A DNA stretch of 64,000 nucleotides from positions 108,128,001 through 108,192,000 of the forward strand of contig OZ024742.1 of NCBI GenBank assembly GCA_964016885.1, in the 5' to 3' direction. The translations under genes and the position numbers were made by a program. The number at the start of each line of letters is the position of its first letter. Position 1 is the stretch's first letter. Positions 46,520 through 58,919 of the stretch are shown here, piece by piece. The notes under the pieces were generated by a model that saw only the letters and a program-made list of their open reading frames with translations, was not told the DNA's origin and ran no database searches. The stretch is from Eledone cirrhosa. Lineage: Eukaryota.

Positions 46520-49077
46520 CATCAGCCACGACATTCCCAGCCCTCCGTTGGAAGGGTGCTGACAGCAGACGGATCTCCTCAGCAGCGGAGCCTGCTTCTT
46601 TCACAAAAACTGGAAGAGCATGCGTTCCATCTTGACGAGATGTTCATGGGGACAAGGCACGACAGTCAAGCGGTAGTAGATGACGGACGCTATGAAAGTG
46701 TTCGCCACCTCCGCTCGACCTTTCAAGGACAGTTTGCACTCTGTCCACTTCTGGGTGAGTGCAAACACCTTGGCCGTTACCTCGTTCCAGTTTTTCTCCA
46801 CCTGGAGGCCTGGACCGAACCAGACCCCGAGCAATTTCACCGGTCCGTCCGTCCAGCGTCCAACGACGCTGTCGGACGTCATCGGTTTGCCTCTCCACGT
46901 AACGAGTTGCAAACCAACAGACTTGTCTGGGTTTAGTTTTGCTCTCGTCAGCGTTTCGTATTCTTTCAGTAAGTTGCCGACCACCCTGATTTCCGAGGTG
47001 CTCGACACCATTACCGTCACGTCGTCGGCATAAGCCGACGCCGCTTTGCGCAGTCCCGGTTCTAGAGGGATGCCCTGCAACAGCTCCAATTTCCGCAGTA
47101 GTGGCTCTAGAGTCAATACATACATAATGGAGGAGAGAGGGCACCCCTGTCGAATGGACCGCGTGATTGCGAACGGCTCTGATAGGTAGCTGTTCACCTT
47201 GACCCTCGAGCAGATGCTGGTGTGTATCGCCTCGATCCAGCCTCTGAAAACGGGACCGAAACCGGCCGCCTTGAGAACCGCTTCCAAGTATCGATGGTCG
47301 ACCCTATCGAATGCCTTAGACTGATCCAAATTGATCAGAGCCCCACCAAAGCCGGGTTTACTACCCACCCTCTCTATGATGTATCACATGAGGTGGAGGT
47401 TGTCGTGTATGGACCTGGTCGGGATTGCACACGTTTGCGCTTTCCCTACCAGGTTCTCGACGACAAGCGCCAACCTCGTCGCTAGCACCTTGGCCAAAAT
47501 CTTTAACTCTGTGTTGAGCAGAGTTATGTGCCTGAAGTTGTTAATTTCTTCCCCCTTGTTCTCGTCTTTCCTGATCAGCGTTAATACGCCCTTGCCTGCA
47601 GAACTGGGAATTCTCCCGTTCTGCTGCCAATTGGAGTAGACGGCTTCGAGGACGCCAGAGAACAAGTCCGGCATGCCTATGTAAAACTCATAGGGTAGAC
47701 CATCTAGACCGGGTGACTTGCGTTTCCCGCAGCAGTCCAGAGCGTCCCGTATCTCAGTGTCCGTGATCGGTCTTTCGCAGAACTCGGCGTCCGTGTTCGA
47801 GAGACGCGGCTGGCCGTCGAGGTATGAACTAAACTCCATTGCCTCGTTCGCCTCACCGTCGTTCTGCTCAAACAGTCGCGCAAAGTGCTGCTGAAAGGCC
47901 GCGCACATTTGTTTGGGGTCAAGTAGCACGCGTCCGTTTTGGTCTTTCAAAGACCGAATCGTGGACTTGTTGCCACTTTTTGCCTCCGCCACTCGGGCCC
48001 AGCTGACAGCTTTCGCTCTTTCGTTTCCTTGAGCACATGTTTTGCTTCTGACCACGCAGCCTTCGTGTTTCGCATCGAAGAACTGGTCCAGTGCCGTTCT
48101 CGACGCTAACACTCTAGCCGTGTTGCCACTTCTAAGTGCCTCCTCTACCTTGGCTACTAGTTCTCTTTCTATTTTGTTTTTCTCTAAGGCTAACTCTCTG
48201 CTAAACGCTATCAATTCTATTCTAATTGCTTTCTTGAGAGAGTACCACCATTTATTGTTGACGATGGCTCTCGTTAACTGTTGCTTGACTAGTCTACTTA
48301 TCCGTTCACTGTAAGCTTTACGTGCCGGCATGGACTCGTTCAGCTTCCAGTATCCGGGTCCCTGTCTATGTGTTCTATCACGGTTGACTAAGCAGACGAC
48401 TAATTTGTGATCTGAATAGGCAACCATGTGCATTGGTGGACAGCTTAACATCTTGTCCCGTTCTCTAATGAAGAACATATCTAAATACGATCTAGAAGTC
48501 CCGCCGCGCTTTGCCCACATCCACTGTGGTGCAGTCGGGAAATCCAGTCGATACCTATCGGTCAATTGGAATTGACCGATTAAAGTTTTGAAGCTCTTAC
48601 ACGCCCCTCTACTGGGACATGCTCCCACATAGTCCCATCGTGCATCTAGAATACCACTAAAAGTAAGGAGCGATACGTTCCCAGAAAAGACTCTAGACGC
48701 TTAAAGAAGTCTGGCCGTGATTACGATTGTCCGGTCGGGGCATAAACGGCCACCAGTCTGAAGGCTCCACCTCCAATACTGTTCACGTCTAGGACTACCA
48801 GTCTACCCTCCGGGTCCAAGTGTACTTGCTGTACTTCGACGTCCAGGTTCTTCCGAAACATGACAGCCACTCAACCCCCACCTCCTGGCTGACAGACAGA
48901 TGCGTAGATCTCAAAGTCGTCGAAGATGGGGGTTAGTTGCTGCCTGTTGTGGATCCTGGACTCGGTGATGGCTATCACATCCATACCATATGACCTAAGG
49001 TCATTTAAAAGTTGGCCCTGTTTCCAGGGTATCCCTAGGCCACGCATATTCACGCTTCCAACTCGTAAACTAGCCAT
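46520..49077 (-). pseudogene. Tx1-like ORF2 (APE endonuclease and reverse transcriptase), frameshifted, C-terminus deleted
   Basis: MASLRVGSVNMRGL, SDHKLV, GPGYWKLN, KSPGLDGLPYEFY, DQSKAFDRVDH, RQGCPLS, AYADDV; split across several ORF-track pieces. Confidence 0.92.
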
Positions 49078-49631
49078 ATTGGTGAAGAAAAGTTGGCGAA
49101 AAAGGACGAAAAGGTGCACTTACCTTTTCGTTTCCTGAAGATCGAGCTGTTCAATCTCCATTTGGGTGCTTTGGTGGGGTGTTGGGTGGGGTGGGGAAAC
49201 ATTTTAACAGGACGCGGTTGATGGGTTTCTGGCAGGGGTTGCTCACGTCCTGTGAAAATTTATTTTTTAGGTCACTATAGGTTTCCATAGAAACCCTTAT
49301 AAGTTTAAGGTGTGGAGACGATTCTGTTTTGACGAAAGTTTTGCCCTCCGTCTCCACCTTGGGGTTTTGGTAGATGACCTCCATCAGGCTCTTGTTGTTT
49401 GTGTTGAAGTATGCGTATTGTTGTTTGTGTTTTTGTTGTGTTGTTTTAGTTTGTTGTTCGTCCGGGAGTTTTCTTTTTATGGTGGGTGGTTGTGTGTTGG
49501 TGTTGGTGTTGGTGATTGGAGTTTTGGGGATTTTGTGGTGTCTCTTTTTTTGTTTTTTAGATTTCCGAGGCTCTCCCTCTTCTTCACTTAAAGAAGAAGA
49601 AGCAGCCTCATCTGTCGATGAATAATCATCG

Positions 49632-50498
49632 TCAGGAGTGTGGGGTAGGGGTATGTTGTGTGGTGGTGGTGTTTCGGTGTGTGTGTTTGTGGTAGTGTTT
49701 GATGGAGTGGGATGGGTTGCGGCTGTGTTCTTCAGGGGTGTTGTCTGTGTTTTTTTCTGTTGTTGTTTGAGTGGCTGTTTGCTTTGGTGTGTTTGCTCGT
49801 TTCGTCTGGTGTTGTACCTGTGGTGGTGGTTGTTTTGGTGTTGGTAATAGTGTTTTCTTTTGTATTGTTTTGGTTGAGCGTGTTTGTAAAGGGCAGGAGG
49901 CCTTTAAGTGTGTGGTGCTATTGCAACGAAAGCAATGGGGTTTTCGACCCTCTACCGAAATGTTTATGTAGCTGTTGTCCACCAGCATTTTTTCTGGTAT
50001 TTTGAAGATTCTTTCCGGGCTCATTTGCACCAGAATCTCCAAATTTGTACTAGACCAGGTGTGCCTGGTTGACTTTTTGGTGGAGAGAATAGTGTCTTTT
50101 CTCTCCTCTAAAAATCCTGCCAATATCCACCAAATATTAATATTTGGTGGTATGTTTGAAACTCTAATTTTTTGTGTCCTTTTTCCCAGGTATGTAGTGA
50201 AAAAGGTGTATTTTTGTGACAGTATTGGCGTCACTGAATATCTTTGTGCAAGGGCCATGCTTTTGAAGGGTACCGAAATACTCCCGTACCTCTGCATAAA
50301 GTCAATGTCTGGCAATATCTCTTTCAAGTTTGCCTCAATTTCCCCTTGACTGAGGAATGTTGGTTGTTTTGTTTCATTTGAAACAGTTCTGAAGGTAACT
50401 GTCCTTCGAAATGTTTCCAGACGAATTTCTGGGCGTGAGTTTATCTGAAACCCACCGTTTTTACCGAAAATGATAAACTCCTTTGCTTCAGAGATCAT
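49632..50498 (-). CDS. Tx1-like ORF1 (gag-like nucleic-acid-binding protein)
   Basis: IRVSNIPP RRM-like segment, VEGRKPHCFRCNSTTHLKASC zinc knuckle, low-complexity tail; frame is open further upstream. Confidence 0.8.
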   Translation of the reverse strand: MISEAKEFIIFGKNGGFQINSRPEIRLETFRRTVTFRTVSNETKQPTFLSQGEIEANLKEILPDIDFMQRYGSISVPFKSMALAQRYSVTPILSQKYTFFTTYLGKRTQKIRVSNIPPNINIWWILAGFLEERKDTILSTKKSTRHTWSSTNLEILVQMSPERIFKIPEKMLVDNSYINISVEGRKPHCFRCNSTTHLKASCPLQTRSTKTIQKKTLLPTPKQPPPQVQHQTKRANTPKQTATQTTTEKNTDNTPEEHSRNPSHSIKHYHKHTHRNTTTTQHTPTPHS

Positions 50499-51312
50499 CT
50501 GTTTCGCATTGGAGATATTGAGATCCTTGAATTTTTGTGTCTTGATGACTGTTTGTGCAAAAGTTGTTTTGGTGTTGTTGTTGTTGTGGTTGTCGAGTTT
50601 TCCGTTTGTAGTTGTGTCAATGGTTTTATTTTCTGTTGTTTTTTCCGCCTGTTGTACTATGTGTGGTTCGATTTTGTTTTTTATTTTTGTTGTTCATATT
50701 GGTTTCCATGGTGACGCCAATACATGCGGAGTTAGAAGTAACGTTAGAATAAAGTACCAGTAATGCATTAGGTAATTGCTGGCCTTGTGCCAAAAGTAGA
50801 AACAATTATCACTTGTGACTGTTTCTGTACAAGTTATTTTGTTGTTGTTGTTGTTGTCAGGTTTTCCGTTTGTAGTTGTCAATTGTTTTTTTCTGTTCAT
50901 TTTGGTGTTTGTTGTATACTGTGTGGTTCACTGTGCGATTCAATTTTGTTTGTGTTCTCTACTTGACTTTCGTTACATAAAACTTTGTTGTTAACTACCT
51001 CGATACAGGCAAAATCTTTAGCAATGTTAAAATCTATTCTTTTCTTTTTCCTTCTTCAACGTTCGCTCGCGTTCTTTGAACGCTTGCCATAACTGAGGGC
51101 AAAATATTAAAACATTTTAAACAGTCTTCAAATTAATTTCAAATTAAATTTTTGCCCCTGTGGGGACCAAAAATGAGATTGCTACTCAGCTGACAATTCG
51201 GCCTGGGGGTTAATCTACAAAACAATGTTTTTTTAAACAAGAATTTCTGTTTTTTTGTAAATAAATTGACAGAAACTTACCAGCAAAATTGTGTGCGTCC
51301 AGCTACCAAAAG

Positions 51313-51370
<58 letters not shown>

Positions 51371-51589
51371 AATAGATAGATAGATAGAGAGAGAACACGC
51401 CGGGTTTCATCAACCCAGAAACTATAAATGACACTTGCCGAAAGCGTCGCACAGAGGTACTGACCCCAGAACAACAAGGTTGCGAAGTGAAATTCTTAAC
51501 TAAACAATAATAGATATATCCATTTCCTTTAGACCAAATTTAAATCAGGTTTCCTACATAACCATTCTAATCTAGAACTACAATAATGG

Positions 51590-52032
51590 TAGAAGTGTCT
51601 GTGGAATACTCAGCCACTTATATTATAAGACAAGATTGACTGTAGCTATAATAAAAAAGAGTGAACTTTGTCACAGCTTATCTCAATCTGAATCTCCCTG
51701 AGAACTACATTAAGAGTATACATATCTGTGGAATGGTCAGTCACTTGCACGTAAATATCATGAGCAGGCTATTCCGTTGATCGATTGAATTGTTACACAC
51801 GTCGTTGGAACCGATGGTGGCCCAACATCCAAGAATAATTGTTTCTACTATTGGCACAAGACCTGCAATTATCCCAGTGCATTAGCTGGTACTTTATTTT
51901 ATCGACCCCATCCATAAGAATGAAAGGCAAAGTTAACCTCAGCGGGATTTGAACTCAGACCATAAAGAAGCGTAACTCTATGCTGGAAAGCATGGCATCC
52001 GACCCTCCACCGATACTGTCAATTCACCGCCT
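51590..52032. mobile_element. SINE B 3' part (plus, 51590-51822) adjacent to SINE A (minus, 51836-52032)
   Basis: tgaatctccctgagaactac..cacttgcacgt; tgaaaggcaaagttaacctcagcgggatttgaactcag. Confidence 0.75.
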
Positions 52033-53453
52033 TTAACATCCAAGAAGGAGCATTGATTACGGAATAAAACGCATATTTTCTATATATATATTATATTGAA
52101 ATAGTGAGACAAGGTAATAATACTAACGTGACGTAATACATATGATATGTGCTTTGAGTAGATCAGGTTGACATGGTTACACTCTTTACTATTATATCAT
52201 CTTCAAATGAAATAAAAGAAAGGTAGAATAATAAATCTATTATTAGAATCACAAATCAATAATCGAACGACACGTTTGAATATAATAAAAATAAACAATA
52301 CAGATGAATGAATAAACTTTATACTGACGTGTTATTGACATCACATGTGACCTAGTTGCTGTCGGTTGCTTTGACATTGGACCTAATAGAAACAAAGGGT
52401 TATATATATATATTAGTATAATTAACTCCCCAATTTTTTCTTTAATTATGGTCGAGTGCTCCATATTGTTGAAAAGCGGTGGATATAAGCATTTCGCTGT
52501 TTGTCATCACACATAAAGTTATGCTCAGATATCGAGGTATGACGACATCTTGTACATTTTGTAAGCAAACTATTTTTTTACTAAGGCAAAGCAAGTGTTA
52601 ATTAGAAATAACACTAACACAGCGTGATTAAGAATACAGGCGTATATGAACCCATGTAATGAACATGTTAATTATGTTAAACACAATTTATTCACGCTAT
52701 ATTTATGCTGTGATCATGCCACAGACATCTCAGAATCGGGTTAAGAGTGTAGTAAGAGCGGTGGATGAATGCATTTCCTGGTAACGACACATTTACACCA
52801 GTATCATATTATTCGATGAGTGCTTCATTTGTAAAATGATTGGAAATGACTGCCATTTCTTGCAGCTCATGTGAAATTCCTATTGGCTCCCTAAATACTT
52901 GTGTGATGTTGTATTAACAGGTTATTAGTTGGCAGACTCGGTAGGTACTAAATACTTTAGGAGCTTGAATTACTTTACACCCAAAACCCACTGTGCTTGA
53001 AAATTGAAATCAATAATACAGGAGTCATTTAAATTCCTTATAGGATTTCCCAAAATGTGCGCTTTGTTCCTATATCATCAAATATTATTAAGATGACTTA
53101 TTATTAATGTTTTCTACTGTAAAACATTCCTTCAGAAATGAGTGTTTAAACTGAATTATAACCTCAATGAAATACAGTAATTTTTTGTACAGTTGGCCAC
53201 TGCTTGGGTGCTTCGCAATCAAATTCCCTGTAGTAAGTTGCCATTTTATGTCAAATAGTGTATGCGCTTATATGGTAAGTAATGTTTAAAAGACATCAAA
53301 CACTCATAGAATGTTAAAAATAACTTTTATAAATGCTTCAAAGATTGAGAAAATATCAAAAGCTAGGTCAAAGGTTTGTTTATTAAAATAAACCCCTGTG
53401 AAATATAATACATTTAGCATAGTCAGTTATTCCTTTCTTTCTTTTTGCCATTA

Positions 53454-53845
53454 TCCCGCCGAGGTTAACTTTGCCATTCATCCTTACGAGGTCGATAAAA
53501 TAAAGTACCAGTAATGCACTGGATAAGCGCTGGCCTTGTGCCAAAAGTAGAAACAATTATATATATATAATTATTTCTACTTTTGGCACAAGGCCAGTAA
53601 TTACCCAGTGTATTACTGGTACTTTATTTTATCGACCCCGTAATGGCATTCTCACACATTCTCTCTGCCATTATGGTGGATTGGCAGTATCGGTAGAGGG
53701 TCGGATAGAGTTACGGCCCTCGCCATTCTGAGTTCAAATCCCGCCGAGGTTAAATTTGCCTTTCATCCTTACGGGGTCGATAAAATAAAGTACCAGTAAT
53801 ACACTGGATTAATTGCTGGCCTTGTGCCAAAAGTAGAAACAATTA
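53454..53845. mobile_element. Cluster of three SINE A pieces (+, -, +)
   Basis: 53454-53559 plus, 53569-53642 minus, 53674-53845 plus with A/B boxes (tggcagtatcgg; gagttcaaatcc). Confidence 0.85.
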
Positions 53846-54266
53846 TATATATATTATTTTGTCTTACGAATATCTTGGCCAGGCCGGTTCCCCTTTTTTC
53901 TCTCTCTCGTCTACGATTTCACAGAACTTATGTTCACCGAATTCACGGACTAGACTCGTTCTTCCTCCCGTTAGACCTGTGCGGAATTCCTTCCTTGCTC
54001 ACATTTCAACCAGATTTGATGGTCTTTATTCTCTCTCGTTCACGATTTCACCGAACTTATATTCATGGAAATTTGGGACTTGACTCGTTCTTCCTCACTT
54101 TTCGTTGCTTCACCATCTTTGTTTGTTTACACTCTCGCTGTTCCCTTTATTTACGTGTCCCAACGACTTTCTTTAGCCGTTGCTCGCACCAACCGGAGGT
54201 ATATGGTCTTTAAAGCGAAGAAATACCGAGGATGGTTGGAAGATCACTGATGAAGGACCAACTTTA

Positions 54267-54317
<51 letters not shown>

Positions 54318-54623
54318 ATAACAATAATAAAATACAAAGTAGTTTCAGATGTCCTTTATTAATAAGGTCGTGATACATATTTCGATGACGACATTGGCCA
54401 CGCGATTCCGGGTCCCAGTTCCATGATGTCATCATGGAACGGGCGTTTGCTTCAATATCATCATTTTTGCCTGTTCCCTTGTCGCTTCAATTTTGATTGC
54501 CTCGAGTACGTAACCTTATTGTGTAAGATGCTGTCTGATGAGATCATGGCACTGGGATGCGGAATACTCCGTCATTCCTAAGTGGAAAAATTACGTTGAG
54601 TGCTTGAATTACATCAATGTTTA

Positions 54624-54680
<57 letters not shown>

Positions 54681-54681
<1 letters not shown>

Positions 54682-55650
54682 CAATATATTTAGAAACACA
54701 CAGATACATGCGGACACACACATATACATGAATGCATCCGCACCCAACCGTGAGTTAAGGGTGCCAACTTCACCGATGTTGCTCAATGAATGACTGGGAC
54801 AGACCAATCCGGTTGAACTAGACTGAACCAGTATCAGAGTTAAAAATACATTATGAAGAGAGAAGAAACATTTAGATATAATTAGTAATAAAATGTATCA
54901 TACCTAAACTGCTCCTAGATTCCTCGACTACGTAGTTTCGTGGCATAAACAAAAACAATACATCATAAAGATATAGAGTCCTTGCGAGGTCTGCCGACTT
55001 ATCAAGAGGATACCTCATTTTACTAGTCTCAAGAACGCGTCTACACGACGTGAGAAAGGATCCCAAAAGGCGGAGGGGGAGATAGTCACGCGATATAACG
55101 GTCGAGAAACAGAGCTAAGCCTCTTATAACCCCGAAGAAAATACCACGGAGGCGGAGGGGGTATTTTATATCGAAGCCGTAGAAGAGGTGGTGAAGGGGG
55201 AGAGAAGTATGAGTAATGGAAGCTTTCCAGCAGTCCCCACACTTCAAAGATTGCTCGACCAGAGGGAGTTATTAACAATATATTTAGAAACACACAGATA
55301 CATGCGGACACACACATATACATGAATGCATCCGCACCCAACCGTGAGTTAAGGGTGCCAACTTCACCGATGTTGCTCAATGAATGACTGGAACAGACCA
55401 ATCCGGTTGAACTAGACTGAACCAGTATCAGAGTTAAAAATACATTATGAAGAGAGAAGAAATATTTAGATATAATTAGTAATAAAATGTATCATACCTA
55501 AACGGCAGACCTCGCAAGGACTCTATATCTTTATGATGTATTGTTTTTGTTTATGCCACGAAACTACGTAGTCGAGGAATCTAGGAGCAGTTTAGGTATG
55601 ATACATTTTATTACTAATTATATCTAAATGTTTCTTCTCTCTTCAAAATG

Positions 55651-55652
<2 letters not shown>
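54681..55652 (-). mobile_element. 594-bp-period non-coding partial tandem with an HHR-like motif and an inverted 150-bp arm, in (TA)n
   Basis: 54681-54909 is repeated at 55275-55503; minus strand tcctc-TTGATAA-(long stem II)-GAAA-ctacgtag-TC-gagga at about 54921-55010; 55504-55652 is an inverted copy. Confidence 0.8.
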
Positions 55653-55684
<32 letters not shown>

Positions 55685-55699
55685 TAATATAGTAATAAT

Positions 55700-58491
55700 A
55701 ATAAATTCGAAGACTAAAATCCAAAGAGGGCTCGATAAGGATAGATATATATCAAATATATAAGAACCGTAGAGCAAATATTTATTAAAATAACAGATTA
55801 AAGTTTAAGCAAAGAATCGCTGCTTTCACCCTTAACGGGATCTTCTGAAACTAACAAAATCAATCTGTAAACGCAGAACTGGATATTTCAAAAAAAGTTG
55901 CAACCGGAGGAAGACAAGAAGACGATACTTTGGTTCGTGGAAACGTTCGCTGGCAAAGAATGGGAAAAAACGAATAATACGTCATTAATAGGAGCGGTGA
56001 AAAGCAATTACGCGCAAAGACAGAACCACGTTTATGGTATAAAGGAGGTCGTAGACTAATGTTCTCTTAGGTGGTGCATAGAGACGTTCTCTGGCAATGA
56101 ACGAAAAAACGAAGATAATACGTCATATGTGGAGCGTAGAGAACAATAACACGCAAAGACAAAACCACGTAAATGGTATAGCAGAAGTCGTAGACTAAAA
56201 TTCTAACTAGGAGACCAAATGAATCTCCGCTACAGAGTTAAGAACAAAGTAAATAAATACAATACAGAAGTAATAGAAATAAATAAATACATACACGCAA
56301 ACAAATACGTACATACACAAGCATACGCAAAACCTTACCATAGGTATACAAAACCACGCACATATAAATATGTGTGTGTATATGCGTGTATACAAATAAA
56401 TAAATAATTATATAATCGTATATAAATAAATAAATACGTATATAACAAGCGCACACACATACCTACATATAAATACACGAATGTTCGGAGACGTAAGTCA
56501 ACTAAAACAAGAAGTACACATATACACGCACCCACCATACGTACGAACCTGCATACTCACACAGACGCAAAACTCCCGTATACACATAGCCAAACCCTAT
56601 GTACCAGAATATATAAAATTATACGCCATAACAATCAAATATAGGTACGAGAAGGTATACGTACCTTCACAAAACATACGGGTAATATATACTTACCTAT
56701 GCAAATAAGTAAAGGAATAAACAAAACATATACTTAGCTCCCACATCAAGACGTGAAATATCCACGTATAGATCGTACTATCCGTTAGGGTATAACGTGG
56801 GGCTGTAATACAGGAAAGTTTTGTGCAATTTATGTTTACAAGCCGAAATTGCCTCAGATTTTTTGTTTAAGATGTGGTCTGTGGCGTAGAGTATTTCCAG
56901 GGCCTCAGCGGCGCAGAGGTCACATGGTCTGTTATTTCCGTTATACGATCTAGCCATAGCTAGGATCTCCCAGTGTAACTTATATTGGGTGTGATTGTCT
57001 TTTAGACTCCAGATATAAGCTGAAAGTGACGTCATATTCCTTCTTAGAGGGTAACGAAAAGAATGGGTATGCATGTAAAGACGCTGCTTGAAACTATTGG
57101 CGGTTAACCCGATGTAGGCCCTACGGGACGTGGGTGTTACAACCTTACATTTGTAGACAATGTTACTAGAGAGGCATTTCCCGGATAGGGGGTAATCAGC
57201 GCGATTCCTACAATTACAGTTAGTACTAACTACAAGGTTGCACGTGTTCCTACGGCTAGGTAGTTTAGCTAAATTTGAAGCTGTGATGTTATGTGCAAGG
57301 TTAGGAGTCGTAGAGTAAGAAATTTTAATAGTATTTCTATTAAAAATTTTACTATATTTATGTGTAGGGGGAAAATGCTTCGTAATAAGGGAAAGAAAGA
57401 TCTTAGCTAATGGTGTGGCCACCTCCATATTATATGGTGAGTTATACCAACAAATGCGACGGGATCTATTTCTTCTAGGTCTATTTTCGTACTCTGTATA
57501 TGCTACCTTATCGACAAATCCACTTCGAGCAAGAGCTTCATTGTAATAAGTGGAATGGTCGTTGAAAATACGCTCGTTGGTGGAAAGACGGGAAAGCCTC
57601 AACGAAACGTTTCTTACCAGGTTCTTGGTTATGCTGGCAGGATGGTTGGAATGCTTACTTATGTAATTAAGCGTACAAAGGGTTTGGCTATGTGTATACG
57701 GGAGTTTTGCGTCTGTGTGAGTATGCAGGTTCGTACGTATGGTTGGTGCGTGTATATGTGTACTTCTTGTTTTAGTTGACTTACGTCTCCGAACATTCGT
57801 GTATTTATATGTAGGTATGTGTGTGCGCTTGTTATATACGTATTTATTTATTTATATACGATTATATAATTATTTATTTATTTGTATACACGCATATACA
57901 CACACATATTTATATGTGCGTGGTTTTGTATACCTATGGTAAGGTTTTGCGTATGCTTGTGTATGTACGTATTTGTTTGCGTGTATGTATTTATTTATTT
58001 CTATTACTTCTGTATTGTATTTATTTACTTTGTTCTTAACTCTGTAGTGGAGATTGATTTGGTCTCCTAGTTAGAATTTTAGTCTACGACTTCTGCTATA
58101 CCATTTACGTGGTTTTGTCTTTGCGTGCTATTGTTCTCCACGCCCCACATATGACGTATTATCTTCGTTTTTTCGTTCATTGCCAGAGAACGTCTCTATG
58201 CACCACCTAAGAGAACATTAGTCTACGACCTCCTTTATACCATAAACGTGGTTCTGTCTTTGCGCGTAATTGTTTTTCACCGCTCCTATTAATGACGTAT
58301 TATTCGTTTTTTCCCGTTCTTTGCCAGCGAACGTTTCCACGAACCAAAGTATCGTCTTCTTGTCTTCCTCCGGTTACAACGTTTTTTGAAATATCCAGTT
58401 CTGCGTTTACAGATTGACTTTGTTAGTTTCAGAAGATCCCGTTAGGGGTGAAAGCAGCGATTCTTTGCTTAAACTTTAATCTGTTATTTTA

Positions 58492-58499
<8 letters not shown>
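55700..58499 (-). mobile_element. Penelope-like element, 5'-truncated, with 827-bp inverted pseudo-LTRs, in (TA)n
   Basis: 55778-56604 is inverted at 57673-58499 with few mismatches; encloses the RT-thumb/GIY-YIG coding region. Confidence 0.92.
56778..57672 (-). pseudogene. PLE polyprotein C-terminus: RT thumb, Cys linker, GIY-YIG endonuclease
   Basis: YISKHSNHPASI..RLSRLSTNE, WYNSPY, KIFNRNTIKISYS, CNCRNRADYPLSGKCL, IVYKC..YIGLT..FKQRLYMH, CDLC..E, ILNKKSE..CKH. Frame is open to the inversion junction. Confidence 0.92.
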
Positions 58500-58549
<50 letters not shown>

Positions 58550-58551
<2 letters not shown>

Positions 58552-58825
58552 CTTTGTTAAATTTCGAATACCCGATGATGTCACCGGTTTCATACTGAAC
58601 CCGGTCTCTGAAATGTTCATAGTATAATAAACCTTTGGAATTACACCAGTTCAGCCTCCTGTTATTTTATAATAATTAACTCCGTACTCGCACCACCAAT
58701 AACACAAACGAAGACGGGTGAGTTGCATTACGTTGAGTGCTCTCCCTAATATTACATCGAGGTTGACCATACGGAATAACCAGTTCTATCCAGTGGTGCA
58801 CCAACAAACATAAATAAATAAATAT
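58550..58825 (+). mobile_element. PLE-type terminal fragment with a degenerate HHR
   Basis: atac-CCGATGA..accgg/ccggt..GAAA-tgttca-TA-gtat-AATAAA, then a tail containing cgttgagtgc. Confidence 0.6.
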
Positions 58826-58919
58826 ATATATATAACGGCGCTAGTACATTTAACCGACGGTTTATATATATATATATATATAGAATATCGGCGTACAGAA
58901 AGAAACCTCTCTGTAAATC

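Larger units (their letters stand above)
46469..51310 (-). mobile_element. Tx1/L1-clade non-LTR retrotransposon, near full length, inactivated, between GA-rich microsatellites
   Basis: ORF1 with a CCHC knuckle; ORF2 with APE and RT; 3' end AATAAA abutting (TC)n on the minus strand; 5' flank (TATC)n/(TC)n. Confidence 0.9.

Noticed and set aside
46415-50763. Plus-strand ORFs overlapping the Tx1-like element
   Set aside because: Antisense shadows of a relatively GC-rich coding region.
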